DNA of 64,000 nt from a virus (IMGVR_UViG_3300045284_000385:1908-65907), one strand, 5' to 3'; counted from the stretch's first letter, positions 9,687-18,616 are shown. Numbers and translations: made by a program. The notes: generated from the letters alone by a model not told the origin.

Positions 9687-10658
9687 TCACATCGGAAGAT
9701 CTTCTTGGTGGCTACTTTCCAGGTCGAAGTAACGTCCTGTAAAAGCGTCGAATCTGAGTTGCACCATACCTGGCTTGCCGTTTTCTGAGAACCGAACCTT
9801 GTCAATATGGATCTGAGTGGGCTTAGCGACATTCTTCAAGTCCCTCCAAACACATATTCCGAAATCACATTTGTTGCGCCATGCGGCTGAACCGGAGATG
9901 TCGTAGAGCCCTGGTATTGGGTAACTGCCGTCTTTTTCTCGGAACAACTTCTGCGGGTGTGCCACTACCCACACGTGCACATTGTTGTTTCTTGAGAACC
10001 TTCTTATCTTGGTGAGGGATTGTGAAATGTACTCTGTTTCTGTCTGATATTGGCCTCTGCCGCTGTGGTCGATCTCGTTCCATGGGTCTAGGATCAGTCC
10101 GTCTATTTTCCTATCTCGAACCAAGTACAGACCGATATCGAGAAGGTATTCTAAATTCAAATGTTCGTCTGATGGGTTAATGAGCGAAATGGATTCCTTG
10201 ATACGACCGATGATAGAATCAATATCTGATTCCGACATTCGGTAAAATGGAACACCGGCGTACTTCGACAGCAGGTTCCTAGCGTACCGTTTGAGCGGCT
10301 GATTCTCGGCGGAGAATATCCCAAATTTCCATTTTGATTTCAGGATCAGGTTCACAATGACGCAGTCAAGCCAAGTTGTTTTTCCGTGTCCTGGTATCCC
10401 GGTTACCACGGTCCATTGGCCTCTTGTTGGACGGTAAAACGGTCTTAATGAATCCCAGCCTAGATACTCACCATCGTCGGTTTCATTCGCTACAAGTGAG
10501 CTTCGAAAGTCTTCAAGCGTTCTGATCTCACTATCGTACTCGCCAAATCCAGGAGGAATTGGACGTGCCGCTGCCTCTCTTGACACGGACTCGATGAGCT
10601 CTTTCGAGATTCTCCTGATTTTTGCTTCGAGGGTTTCTGTTTCAGATGTTTCATCCAT
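9687..10658 (-). CDS. SF4 (DnaB/T7 gp4/Twinkle-like) replicative helicase
   Basis: VTGIPGHGKT, FSAEN, ILDPWN, VVAHPQK, DISGSAAW..KCD. Confidence 0.92.
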   Translation of the reverse strand: MDETSETETLEAKIRRISKELIESVSREAAARPIPPGFGEYDSEIRTLEDFRSSLVANETDDGEYLGWDSLRPFYRPTRGQWTVVTGIPGHGKTTWLDCVIVNLILKSKWKFGIFSAENQPLKRYARNLLSKYAGVPFYRMSESDIDSIIGRIKESISLINPSDEHLNLEYLLDIGLYLVRDRKIDGLILDPWNEIDHSGRGQYQTETEYISQSLTKIRRFSRNNNVHVWVVAHPQKLFREKDGSYPIPGLYDISGSAAWRNKCDFGICVWRDLKNVAKPTQIHIDKVRFSENGKPGMVQLRFDAFTGRYFDLESSHQEDLPM

Positions 10659-10933
10659 TCGGTTTCAATCCTCTCCCTGTATTCGGGGTAAAACAAAACA
10701 TCCCTTTGCGCTTGTGAATGTAAAAGACTTTGAAGGGCGATATCGGATCGGATCTCGGCTTCTTTCCAGTGCTTGTAAAGCTCGTCATTAAACTTCTTGT
10801 CTGGCTGATCATCCCAGCGAATGAATAGCTTTTCCTGGTGGCTACAGAACTCTCCAAGAACTTGTTTTAGAGATTCGATCGCCACGTCGAGGTTATCTAT
10901 CGTAATGTCCCTGAATCGTGTCAGCTCATTCAC
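10490..10933 (-). CDS. Hypothetical protein
   Basis: GTG overlaps the initiator stop and fills the gap, but the 3' end overlaps the helicase by ~170 nt. Confidence 0.45.
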   Translation of the reverse strand: MNELTRFRDITIDNLDVAIESLKQVLGEFCSHQEKLFIRWDDQPDKKFNDELYKHWKEAEIRSDIALQSLLHSQAQRDVLFYPEYRERIETEWMKHLKQKPSKQKSGESRKSSSSPCQERQRHVQFLLDLASTIVRSERLKTFEAHL

Positions 10934-11660
10934 GCCAATTGTTTGGGTCATAGTCAGAGTTTTTTTGTAGTCCAGGATCATCTCCCCAGCGTTTCTGATT
11001 CAGCCAAGTTGACGGATTTGGAATGAATTGGCCGTCTTCCTTCAGCCATTGCTTGCACCGTTTTTGTTTTTCTACTGCCTGGAGGATCTCAGATAAAAGC
11101 GATTCAGACGGGTTGATACTGTTGAAGGATTTCTCAGCAGCGCCTTTCCCTACTTTCTTGGGATAGGCTGACCAAAATTTACTGAATCCATCGCGCGCGC
11201 GGATACGTTCTTCTTTCTTAGTACTACTATTAACATATACAGATACAGAGGAATGAAGTGGCGTTATGTCATGACTAGTGTCAGTAAGTTTTTCCTTACG
11301 CTTCCTTTCTCGGTACTCTTGTTGATATTTCCTGTTCAGTTCTTCTTGTCCAACTTGGTCTTTGACGTTCCTATAAGATTCAAAATTAAGGACAAGATAT
11401 CCACCAGCAACCTTCTCGATTCGTCTCCCTTCGTTGTCTGGATTGGCTGAGTTCTTGTCTGGAGCGATTAGACACTCTACGGCCTTTTCTGCATTCTGTG
11501 GGCTCACTCGAGCTCGATGCGCCAAGTTATTGATGCTGGCAAATTGAGCAAATCCGTTTCTATCCATGGCAGCAAGTAATGTTATCCAGACAATTCTGGT
11601 ACTCTCTGGCTCAAGCCAAATCGATGAGTCTAAGATCTTTGAGAATAGTTTGACGTACAA
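10926..11660 (-). CDS. Phage replication initiator protein
   Basis: YVKLFSKILDSSIW N-terminal wHTH; FWSAYPKKVGK...FIPNPSTWLNQKRW C-terminal domain. Confidence 0.88.
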   Translation of the reverse strand: MYVKLFSKILDSSIWLEPESTRIVWITLLAAMDRNGFAQFASINNLAHRARVSPQNAEKAVECLIAPDKNSANPDNEGRRIEKVAGGYLVLNFESYRNVKDQVGQEELNRKYQQEYRERKRKEKLTDTSHDITPLHSSVSVYVNSSTKKEERIRARDGFSKFWSAYPKKVGKGAAEKSFNSINPSESLLSEILQAVEKQKRCKQWLKEDGQFIPNPSTWLNQKRWGDDPGLQKNSDYDPNNWRE

Positions 11661-11814
11661 TTTTCTCGCAGAAAACTAAATATGCATTTGCCGATGGTCC
11701 CCTTTGGTGAACACGGTGGACTCGTTCCCTGACTACTCCAGATCAGAGGTTCACGATTTCTATCACTGGCCTCTCGTCAGGTACACTCGCATTGAACATG
11801 CACACCGGCAAATT

Positions 11815-11976
11815 CTAAATATCTTCTCTCAGTCCACAATCCTTACAGGTGGCTATCTCTACCCATAAGATCTCGTTGACACCGGAGTGTGAGACTCCGC
11901 TGAAATACGAGTGCTTCTCGGTGGTTACGTTCTCCGATCCACAGCGGGAGCAGGCCACGCCGTTTTCAGTTTCCAT
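11815..11976 (-). CDS. 53-aa zinc-ribbon protein (not in ORF track)
   Basis: Manual translation METENGVACSRCGS...ATCKDCGLREDI; two CxxC. Confidence 0.6.
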   Translation of the reverse strand: METENGVACSRCGSENVTTEKHSYFSGVSHSGVNEILWVEIATCKDCGLREDI

Positions 11977-12097
11977 GGAACACCGCCCAAACCAGAGGGA
12001 CCCCCCAGAGGATTAGAACAGCGACTGCGCAGAGCACCAGCAGGCCTCTGAGGAAGGACTCGTCAGGATCGGATTCGAGTAACTTCTTGAGATGCAT
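11966..12097 (-). CDS. 43-aa single-TM protein (not in ORF track)
   Basis: MHLKKLLESDPDESFLRGLLVLCAVAVLILWGVPLVWAVFHGN; overlaps next start. Confidence 0.5.
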   Translation of the reverse strand: MHLKKLLESDPDESFLRGLLVLCAVAVLILWGVPLVWAVFHGN

Positions 12098-12126
12098 GCT
12101 CGGGATTATTTCTTTCTGGGTTTTGC

Positions 12127-12489
12127 TCATTTGAATTTCTCCAGGGTCTCGTCAATCTTTCGAGCCAGGGAATCGCCAGTCTTGAGCACAATGCTCGTCT
12201 GACGGCCATCTGGTAAGACTAGCGTGAAATGCTTTCCGATTTGGTCTTCACCAATGGGCCGGCAGTGGACTTTAGGATTGAGCTCTCGTGCCGAATCAAT
12301 TGCTATGGAGAGCCAGTTCATCATCTCAGCACCAGCGCCAGGATTACCCACGGCGCGAGAACAATGATCAAAGACAGGTAGTCGAATCGGTTCATGGGGT
12401 TCTCCTTTTGGTCGCTGCGCTTCACGGTTGGCTTTGCGCTCAGCGATGATCCGGTCGAGTCGGCTTAGTTTTGGCGTTCCGTCTACCAT
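12127..12489 (-). CDS. Hypothetical protein
   Basis: 120-aa ORF with GGGAG RBS in the early operon. Confidence 0.65.
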   Translation of the reverse strand: MVDGTPKLSRLDRIIAERKANREAQRPKGEPHEPIRLPVFDHCSRAVGNPGAGAEMMNWLSIAIDSARELNPKVHCRPIGEDQIGKHFTLVLPDGRQTSIVLKTGDSLARKIDETLEKFK

Positions 12490-12622
12490 GCTCCCATTTC
12501 AAAAATGGCGGTCTCTCAGCGGGCCTGTGGAGGAGGTAGAAACACAGGCCGGTCGATCGGTGCGCAGCCAAACTTATGCAATCCGATTCCTCAGTCTGAT
12601 AAATTTCTACCCGACTAGACTG

Positions 12623-12865
12623 CTACCTCTTCGTCAACACGCTAGCAGTGGTGGTTTCGGAGTGGTCAGAGGATTGCAAGAGAATTTCAGACATCTCTAT
12701 ATCAAGGGCGTCGACCATCTTTTTGATGGTGACAACGTTCTCATTTTCTCCGCTCTCCACGCGCCCGATAACTGCTGGATCAACGCCGATGACTCTGGCC
12801 AGCTTGCTCTTATTCCATCCCTTTAAGATCCGAGCTCTCTCTAATTTCTTAATGTCATACTTCAT
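12623..12865 (-). CDS. cro: Cro-like XRE HTH regulator
   Basis: ARILKGWNKSKLARVIGV..AVIGRVESG; first gene of the early operon. Confidence 0.85.
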   Translation of the reverse strand: MKYDIKKLERARILKGWNKSKLARVIGVDPAVIGRVESGENENVVTIKKMVDALDIEMSEILLQSSDHSETTTASVLTKR

Positions 12866-12867
12866 GA

Positions 12868-12902
12868 TAAGAAATCTTTTCATAATCAAGATATCTTGTC
12901 AA
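12868..12902 (-). promoter_or_regulatory. Early promoter with operator-like palindrome
   Basis: Minus strand TTGACA (12902-12897)-17 nt-AAAGAT; perfect palindrome CAAGATATCTTG at 12887-12898 and related AAGAAATCTT at 12869-12878. Confidence 0.7.
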
Positions 12903-12947
12903 GACTTATTTTGAGTTTAAATGCCTTTTTTGAGAATATTCCCGCAT

Positions 12948-13388
12948 ATGGATCTGAAGCACAGAGTGAGACTTATGCGTATCGGTGCGAAATTCACCTC
13001 TCAAATATCTCTTTCTAAAAGGATTATGGAGTTAGCAAAGAAGAAACATTCGAAAGAGAGATTGAGTCGCACAAGCATCTCGTCTATCGAGAATGGTAAG
13101 CACAGTCCAAAGGAAAGCGTTTTGCGGCTGATCGTGGAGGCATGTGATAAGACCATGCAGGATCTGTACGAGTCCAGAGTTCCGTCGATGTATTCGAATC
13201 CTGATCATGAAAAAGTACATGAGGAGCTTCAGAGACTCATTGAGATTGACCCTGGCGGTAAGGGTAAATGGTTAGTCGATGCAATCGAGGTTCAATGGAA
13301 TGCTTTCTTAGAAGAGGCTGAGATTGAACGGCCAAAAAAAGAGAAAGAAACCCAGTTCTTACATTCAACGCTCGTTTTACCTTGGTAA
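12948..13388 (+). CDS. cI: CI-like XRE HTH repressor
   Basis: SQISLS...LSRTSISSIENGKHSP..VLRLI; divergent from cro; no S24 peptidase motif recognised. Confidence 0.8.
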   Translation: MDLKHRVRLMRIGAKFTSQISLSKRIMELAKKKHSKERLSRTSISSIENGKHSPKESVLRLIVEACDKTMQDLYESRVPSMYSNPDHEKVHEELQRLIEIDPGGKGKWLVDAIEVQWNAFLEEAEIERPKKEKETQFLHSTLVLPW

Positions 13389-13770
13389 TCGTGCTGTCGA
13401 AGAAAAATCTGTCGTCCAACAATTGATCGACCAGTACGAGTGGCCGGCGGTTGACTTACACAAGGGGATTAAGAAATTGTGGAGCGAGGACTTCATGGAT
13501 TCACCGTCTACTGGTTACAAGACGGCGGTTTCGACCGCTAGAGAAGCGATGGATGAAGAACGGGGAATAAAGGAATACAATCCAGTTCTTTATGAAGAAC
13601 TCCAGGAGTCGCCCTTGTTCAGTTCCTTATTTCAAATGGCCCCAGACCGAGGCCATAAGGTATCGGTTATGTCGGTTGATGCATCGCGCGGGTATATCGC
13701 GTTTCCACGATACTCAGAAAATGCCGCAGACACCCAGTTTGTTATACAAAAAATTCTTCAGAACAATTAG
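13324..13770 (+). CDS. Hypothetical protein, possibly a 5'-truncated fragment
   Basis: Protein-like ORF without a convincing start or RBS, overlapping the cI 3' end in the +1 frame. Confidence 0.5.
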   Translation: MNGQKKRKKPSSYIQRSFYLGNRAVEEKSVVQQLIDQYEWPAVDLHKGIKKLWSEDFMDSPSTGYKTAVSTAREAMDEERGIKEYNPVLYEELQESPLFSSLFQMAPDRGHKVSVMSVDASRGYIAFPRYSENAADTQFVIQKILQNN

Positions 13771-14116
13771 CAACCTTATTCCAGGAGATCCGTTGACTGG
13801 AAAAGAGGAATCACTCTCCCGACTCAACCCGAACAAGATCTACGTCGAGAACGTCCGAAGCCTACTAGACGTGTCGCATCAGCGAGCAGTGAGTTTTTGC
13901 GAAATTGCTGTGAGACAAGGTTGGTTCTCCCGGCACGTCGAGGTGCTGTGTCCCGATGGCAGTGTTGTGACTTCAGCCATCAATGAAACCGAACTTCCCA
14001 AGACCGTTCGATGTTGGAAAGAAGAAAACGGAAATCTTGAAGAAGTGGAGCTCGACACAGATTCTCTCCAGAAGGTTACCTTCTATCGGTTGAGCGATGA
14101 CGCAACGACGACTTGA
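13721..14116 (+). CDS. Hypothetical protein
   Basis: Overlap-coupled ORF with VLCPDG motif. Confidence 0.6.
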   Translation: MPQTPSLLYKKFFRTISNLIPGDPLTGKEESLSRLNPNKIYVENVRSLLDVSHQRAVSFCEIAVRQGWFSRHVEVLCPDGSVVTSAINETELPKTVRCWKEENGNLEEVELDTDSLQKVTFYRLSDDATTT

Positions 14117-14354
14117 CTACACAGAATCACAGCTCAAAACATTTGAGGTTTTACAACGGGTCAAGATGGCGTGGGTCGCCCTCATCTTCATGGTCATACT
14201 ATTCTCGATAGCATTTGTGGCATTTCTCATCGCACTTTTCTTCTACGAAAAAGACACAGCGACGACAATTCTCGGTGTTATCGACGGAATCCTCGCCTGG
14301 ACAATGAGGCAGGTCTACCGACACTTGTTCCCACCCAGAAAAGCTTCCTCGTAG
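14097..14354 (+). CDS. Two-TM membrane protein
   Basis: Two hydrophobic helices, basic C-terminus. Confidence 0.7.
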   Translation: MTQRRLDYTESQLKTFEVLQRVKMAWVALIFMVILFSIAFVAFLIALFFYEKDTATTILGVIDGILAWTMRQVYRHLFPPRKASS

Positions 14355-14581
14355 GATTCGTTTAACTGCCCTACATTCAAACTGAGACACTACCGAGAAG
14401 TCAGGGCACGCACTTGTCCATAAAGTCCGGAGGGATGCTTAGGACGCTAGTAAAGATTGATGAGAAACTATACGAGCTGATATGTTGCATTTTCGGTGCC
14501 ATTATTGACTGGCCAATATGATGCGATTTGATATTGCTTTCCGGGCCGCGTGGTGTTATAAGCATCCCAGAGGTAATTCCA

Positions 14582-15088
14582 ATGAAAATGAAAAAGTCCA
14601 TTCTCGTTGTTGGAGCAGTGTTGTTTCTTGCCGGGAGCCTGTTTGGGCAGGAAGTCAATCAGCCTTCTGGCCCGCCGGAATGCCGTCTTGTTTTCTTGCG
14701 TCCAGGCGGACATAGCGAAGGGGTTGGGAATCCGATCGTATTTTTAGATGGAGCTCCGCTGGCGAAGTTAACGAAGGGTAAATATTTTGCGGTGGTTATT
14801 CCTGCGGATCAGTGGGTGACAGCTCAGGTTCGACAGGCTGGAACTCCATCAGCGGAATTCCAGATCAAGCCAGTTCCAGGAAGGACTATTTTTATCCGGT
14901 TGTTTGGTCCAGGCTGGGGCCGCGGTGGACTGACGGGTTCTCTGATTAGGATAGACGGGTCGGATATTCAAAAGGCTATGAAGAAACTGGTGCCAGAGGA
15001 AAGGAAGAACGTCCATGCTGAGGATCGAGTATTGCTAGACGTGGTCACAATGGATTCAGTTCGTATAGAACAGGTCGCTGCGAAGTAG
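14582..15088 (+). CDS. Secreted DUF2846-like protein
   Basis: Signal peptide MKMKKSILVVGAVLFLAGSLFG; LVFLRP...VFLDG..LAKLTKGKYF. Confidence 0.7.
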   Translation: MKMKKSILVVGAVLFLAGSLFGQEVNQPSGPPECRLVFLRPGGHSEGVGNPIVFLDGAPLAKLTKGKYFAVVIPADQWVTAQVRQAGTPSAEFQIKPVPGRTIFIRLFGPGWGRGGLTGSLIRIDGSDIQKAMKKLVPEERKNVHAEDRVLLDVVTMDSVRIEQVAAK

Positions 15089-15106
15089 GCTCAATATCAA
15101 GAGTCC

Positions 15107-15400
15107 ATGCCCCTCTATCGCCGCTGTCCCCATTGCGGAGTTCAGATCAAGCGTGATGGGAAGCGGTGCCCAATCTGCTGCAAGCTGGTCCCCCTCCGAA
15201 AGAAAGTCCTCACCCGGGAACAAAAAGAGCTCCTCGACAAAGCGCTTTTCGTGATGCAGAATGGAACTGCACATGAGATGATTGCGATGAAGCAGGTGAT
15301 CGATGCTTTGTATCTGAAGGTCGTCGAAGGTCGGCCAGTGCTGGACGGGCAGGCCGAACTGATCGAAGTGAAGGAGCTGAGAGCAGGTGAAGAATTCTAA
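15107..15400 (+). CDS. Small zinc-finger protein
   Basis: CPHCG...CPIC. Confidence 0.7.
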   Translation: MPLYRRCPHCGVQIKRDGKRCPICCKLVPLRKKVLTREQKELLDKALFVMQNGTAHEMIAMKQVIDALYLKVVEGRPVLDGQAELIEVKELRAGEEF

Positions 15401-16061
15401 CTGGAAAAACAGAATCGTTGGCCAGGCCGCGGTCGATCCAAAGTCCCTCATTGGCAATCCGGACAATTGGAGAATCCATCCCCACTCGCAGGAGCAGGCA
15501 GTTAGCGGAATTCTCGAAGAAGTAGGTTGGGTCAAGCAGATCCTTGTCAACAAGCGCACGGGTAGAGTGGTCGACGGTCATCTCCGCTTGAAACTGGCGC
15601 TCCAAAAACAGGAAGCGAAAGTCCCGGTCTTATACGTCGACCTGACCGAAGACGAAGAGTCTCTAATCCTTCTGACTCTCGATCCAATGTCGGAGCTTGC
15701 GGTTTCCGATTCGGAAAAGCTTGATGCTCTCATGCGTCAAGTCGAGGTAGAGAACGACTCTGTTTTGGACTTCATCCAGGATATGAGCTTAGACGGTTTG
15801 ATGCCCGGTGAAGCCAGCGAGGAAGGATCGGATTCCGAAGGCGGCAGGAACCTGGGCCAGCCGCGCTATCAGATCAATCCGGTTCTCTATGCCGATCAGA
15901 TCGAGGTCTTCGAGGAAGCCCTAGCCTTGACCGATAATATGAATCGTGGAGAGGCTCTTCTCGAGGTCTGCCAATTCTATGTCGATCACAAAAAAGCAAA
16001 AGGACAACTCGACGCTAAAGCAAAAGGTCGAGCTAAGGACCAAGCTGCTGTCATTCATTGA
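15387..16061 (+). CDS. ParB/Srx-like domain protein
   Basis: NPDNWRIHP..Q, VGWV..ILVNKRTGRVVDGHLR. Confidence 0.85.
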   Translation: MKNSNWKNRIVGQAAVDPKSLIGNPDNWRIHPHSQEQAVSGILEEVGWVKQILVNKRTGRVVDGHLRLKLALQKQEAKVPVLYVDLTEDEESLILLTLDPMSELAVSDSEKLDALMRQVEVENDSVLDFIQDMSLDGLMPGEASEEGSDSEGGRNLGQPRYQINPVLYADQIEVFEEALALTDNMNRGEALLEVCQFYVDHKKAKGQLDAKAKGRAKDQAAVIH

Positions 16062-16587
16062 TCAGCCGGTGGTGATGGAGACCCATGGCGGAACTGGAAG
16101 GATCTTCTATCGCTGTTACTCGCATCTCAAGACTGGCGTGGTGTTCGAAAAGGATTCTGCGAAGACTGCGATCTTAGCGCAGCAAAGGCCGGGATGGGCT
16201 GTCTATGAGGGTGACTGCGAGCATGCGATCCGCGCCGGCGTGGGCTTTCATCTGCCAATCAATTTCGTTGACCTTGATTCTTATGGGGAACCCTGGAGGG
16301 TGATCGATGCGCTCTTTCAAAAAGAGCGGTGCTGGCCGGATAGGGTTGTCGTCGTGGTCAATGATGGGTTGAGACATAAATTGACAACCGGCTCAGCTTG
16401 GCATGTAGCCAGCCTTCAGTCGGTTGTCAGGCGTCATGGGAACGCGGCATTGTATCCCAAGTATCTGCAGATCTGCCGGGAGCTATTGGCCGAGAAAGTT
16501 GGACGTTGCGGGTTTAAGATAACCAAGTGGGCCGGCTACTATGTCGGACAGATGACCCACTATGGCGCCGTGCTTCAGAAGACTTGA
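15979..16587 (+). CDS. Class I SAM-dependent methyltransferase-like protein
   Basis: VMETHGGTG motif I variant, VFEKD, EGDC, VDLDSYGEP. Confidence 0.7.
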   Translation: MSITKKQKDNSTLKQKVELRTKLLSFIDQPVVMETHGGTGRIFYRCYSHLKTGVVFEKDSAKTAILAQQRPGWAVYEGDCEHAIRAGVGFHLPINFVDLDSYGEPWRVIDALFQKERCWPDRVVVVVNDGLRHKLTTGSAWHVASLQSVVRRHGNAALYPKYLQICRELLAEKVGRCGFKITKWAGYYVGQMTHYGAVLQKT

Positions 16588-17312
16588 ATCGGTTGGGCCA
16601 GGTCGCCTGGGTATTGGGCCCACTTCCAGCGGCTGCCGTCCTCTTCCTCTAGCCACGGTCGTGTCTCAGTCCGAAAAGCTGCTGACTGTTTGTAGAAATA
16701 CGCCACTCCTTGTTCCACACAAGCGTCACGGATGGACCGGGCCCAGCTCTGTTCCATGGGGCGAAATTTGGGACCGCTCTCTCCCCCGACGATCGCCCAG
16801 TGAATTCCTGATAGGTCTGGAGACTCGATCAGCTCGAGCAACGGTTCGAAAGAAACGAAGCGGGTAAGCGCGGGGACCTCGCGCAGATGGTCGAGACGAT
16901 AGAGAAACTTTGGAGATTCGATCGACACGCCCATCCAGATATTAGGACTCCATGGCCAGCTCTTTCGAAGCTGACTCAAGCGTTCGCTACGTTTCGTCAA
17001 AATCTGGAACGTGTGCCAGTGGGCCCGGTTCATCACGTCGAAGACTTTCAGAATGTTTTCATCTGGAACATCCTCCAGGAAAAGATCGCTCATCGAATTT
17101 ACGAAGATCCGCGAGGGCTCTTTGATCTTGAGCGGGTCGTTGAGCTTGTGCCAGCGGTAGGTGAGATCGAAGCCGTTTGGGAAAGCCCGGGTCCCTCGCT
17201 TGTTCTCGGCGATGGTATGAGCATAGCAGTGACCGCAGCCGGGGCTGATCTTCTTACAGCCTGACCAGACATTCCAGGTGAGATTTGTCCAGCTGATGAT
17301 GGTTTCGTTCAT
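16575..17312 (-). CDS. Phage Gp37/Gp68 (DUF5131) three-Cys, radical-SAM-like protein
   Basis: TWNVWSGCKKISPGCGHCYA, FVNSMSDLF, FQILTKR, SFEPLL, WAIVGGESG, FYKQ. Confidence 0.93.
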   Translation of the reverse strand: MNETIISWTNLTWNVWSGCKKISPGCGHCYAHTIAENKRGTRAFPNGFDLTYRWHKLNDPLKIKEPSRIFVNSMSDLFLEDVPDENILKVFDVMNRAHWHTFQILTKRSERLSQLRKSWPWSPNIWMGVSIESPKFLYRLDHLREVPALTRFVSFEPLLELIESPDLSGIHWAIVGGESGPKFRPMEQSWARSIRDACVEQGVAYFYKQSAAFRTETRPWLEEEDGSRWKWAQYPGDLAQPIQVF

Positions 17313-17611
17313 GATGATTTACCCTCGGCTCTACGGATTGTAAAATCCAGGATTTTTGCTAAGTCATGCAGGGCTTCGTCTGTAATGCCTTCTCGCACTG
17401 CCAACAACGATTGGATAGCGTGCCAAGAGGCTTTCGTAACTGCCAACAATTCCGGTGCCGTTGCGATTAGACGGGCGTTGGCATTTCCGGTCTTTTTCCC
17501 AAGCCCATAGACGGTGCATAGGGTTTCTATGCCATGAGAGACACTCACTCGATCAGATCTGTCAAGGACATTTAGATCCACGTGCCATGGTCCTTCAGTG
17601 TGCGTGCTCAT
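17309..17611 (-). CDS. Conserved phage hypothetical protein
   Basis: HTEGPW...ANARLIATAPELL motif. Confidence 0.8.
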   Translation of the reverse strand: MSTHTEGPWHVDLNVLDRSDRVSVSHGIETLCTVYGLGKKTGNANARLIATAPELLAVTKASWHAIQSLLAVREGITDEALHDLAKILDFTIRRAEGKSS

Positions 17612-17808
17612 TTTCTTTTCTCCTTTTTGGGTCTCCCCATTGGCCGATGCTTGACTGCTTTAAGATCGCTTTCCAGGATAACCCAGATCCCAGAAACCTG
17701 TTGAGCCGGGAGCCTGCCGGATTCGATTAAGACCCGGACGCGACGCTCCCCGATGTTTAGTTTCTTTGCTGCCTCCTGGGTGCTGAGAAGTTTTGTAACG
17801 GTTTTCAT
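17608..17808 (-). CDS. Excisionase/MerR-like HTH DNA-binding protein
   Basis: LLSTQEAAKKLNIGERRVRVLIESGRLPA...GRPKK. Confidence 0.85.
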   Translation of the reverse strand: MKTVTKLLSTQEAAKKLNIGERRVRVLIESGRLPAQQVSGIWVILESDLKAVKHRPMGRPKKEKRK

Positions 17809-17983
17809 TTCTTCTTTCCTCATCGATGTAGCCTTGCTGCCAGTAACGGCGCAAGACTTCCTGCTTGAAGTTTGAAAAATCATACGGGCAATCGGATGGA
17901 GGGGCGCCCGCCCGTTGGGCTTCCCGGCCTTGTTGCTCGGAGTGCAACTCTTCGGCTGTCGTGACGTTCATTTCTCGGGTCAA
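17660..17983 (-). CDS. Rmf/CrpP-like small protein
   Basis: QGREAQRAG...CPY...RRYWQQGY matches the RMF G..A...G....CPY....W..GW pattern; tail overlaps the HTH gene. Confidence 0.6.
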   Translation of the reverse strand: MTREMNVTTAEELHSEQQGREAQRAGAPPSDCPYDFSNFKQEVLRRYWQQGYIDEERRNENRYKTSQHPGGSKETKHRGASRPGLNRIRQAPGSTGFWDLGYPGKRS

Positions 17984-18180
17984 AATAGTTTCCTTTGGGA
18001 TTCCCCGAATAGCGGGGACCCGTCGAAGTCTCTGATCTTTCGCGCTGGTCCGTTCATCCCCTGTCTGCCGGCTGCTTTGTTCAAGTCCTGCTCCAGGGCT
18101 TTCTGTTGAAGAGTGTTGACCTCCGCGTTGAATTCCTGGAGCGTATTGGGGAGTGCTGCCTGTCCGTTAGTTCTTTTCAT
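17980..18180 (-). CDS. Hypothetical protein
   Basis: GGAGG RBS, 66 aa. Confidence 0.6.
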   Translation of the reverse strand: MKRTNGQAALPNTLQEFNAEVNTLQQKALEQDLNKAAGRQGMNGPARKIRDFDGSPLFGESQRKLF

Positions 18181-18613
18181 GATGCCTCCTAGCCTTACGG
18201 GTTTCCCATGCGTGCAGAGCCCGGATAGTTTTTTGTGCTGCCGTCAAGCTGCCGAAGACTCGGCGCGCTCGTTCTTGCTTCTCTGGGTCTTTGTCGGAAA
18301 CGTCGAAAAAGGATTCCTGCTCCCCCTGGCGGATCATCCGGCGGTGCTTCGTGGTTCTCTCGATCGCGCGATACATATCGCTAACCGATTCCAGGTCATG
18401 ACCGAAGTTGCTGTTAAGAGCGTCCCGGAGGGTATCAGGTGCAAGCCCGCTCCGCCGGATGAGTAGTTTGGTTTCCCCTTCGCCGATCGCGTCGTGGTAG
18501 CCGTCGTAAAGCCCGTTTTCGGGCTGCCCTTTGCGGCTTGGCCTGATGCCGCCCAGGTCGAAGATGTTTGTTAGAAGATCCTGCTGTCCACCTATCTGGA
18601 AGAGTTTGAACAT
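18167..18613 (-). CDS. Hypothetical protein
   Basis: ORF between DUF932 terminator and next gene; start uncertain. Confidence 0.55.
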   Translation of the reverse strand: MFKLFQIGGQQDLLTNIFDLGGIRPSRKGQPENGLYDGYHDAIGEGETKLLIRRSGLAPDTLRDALNSNFGHDLESVSDMYRAIERTTKHRRMIRQGEQESFFDVSDKDPEKQERARRVFGSLTAAQKTIRALHAWETRKARRHHEKN

Positions 18614-18616
18614 GAG

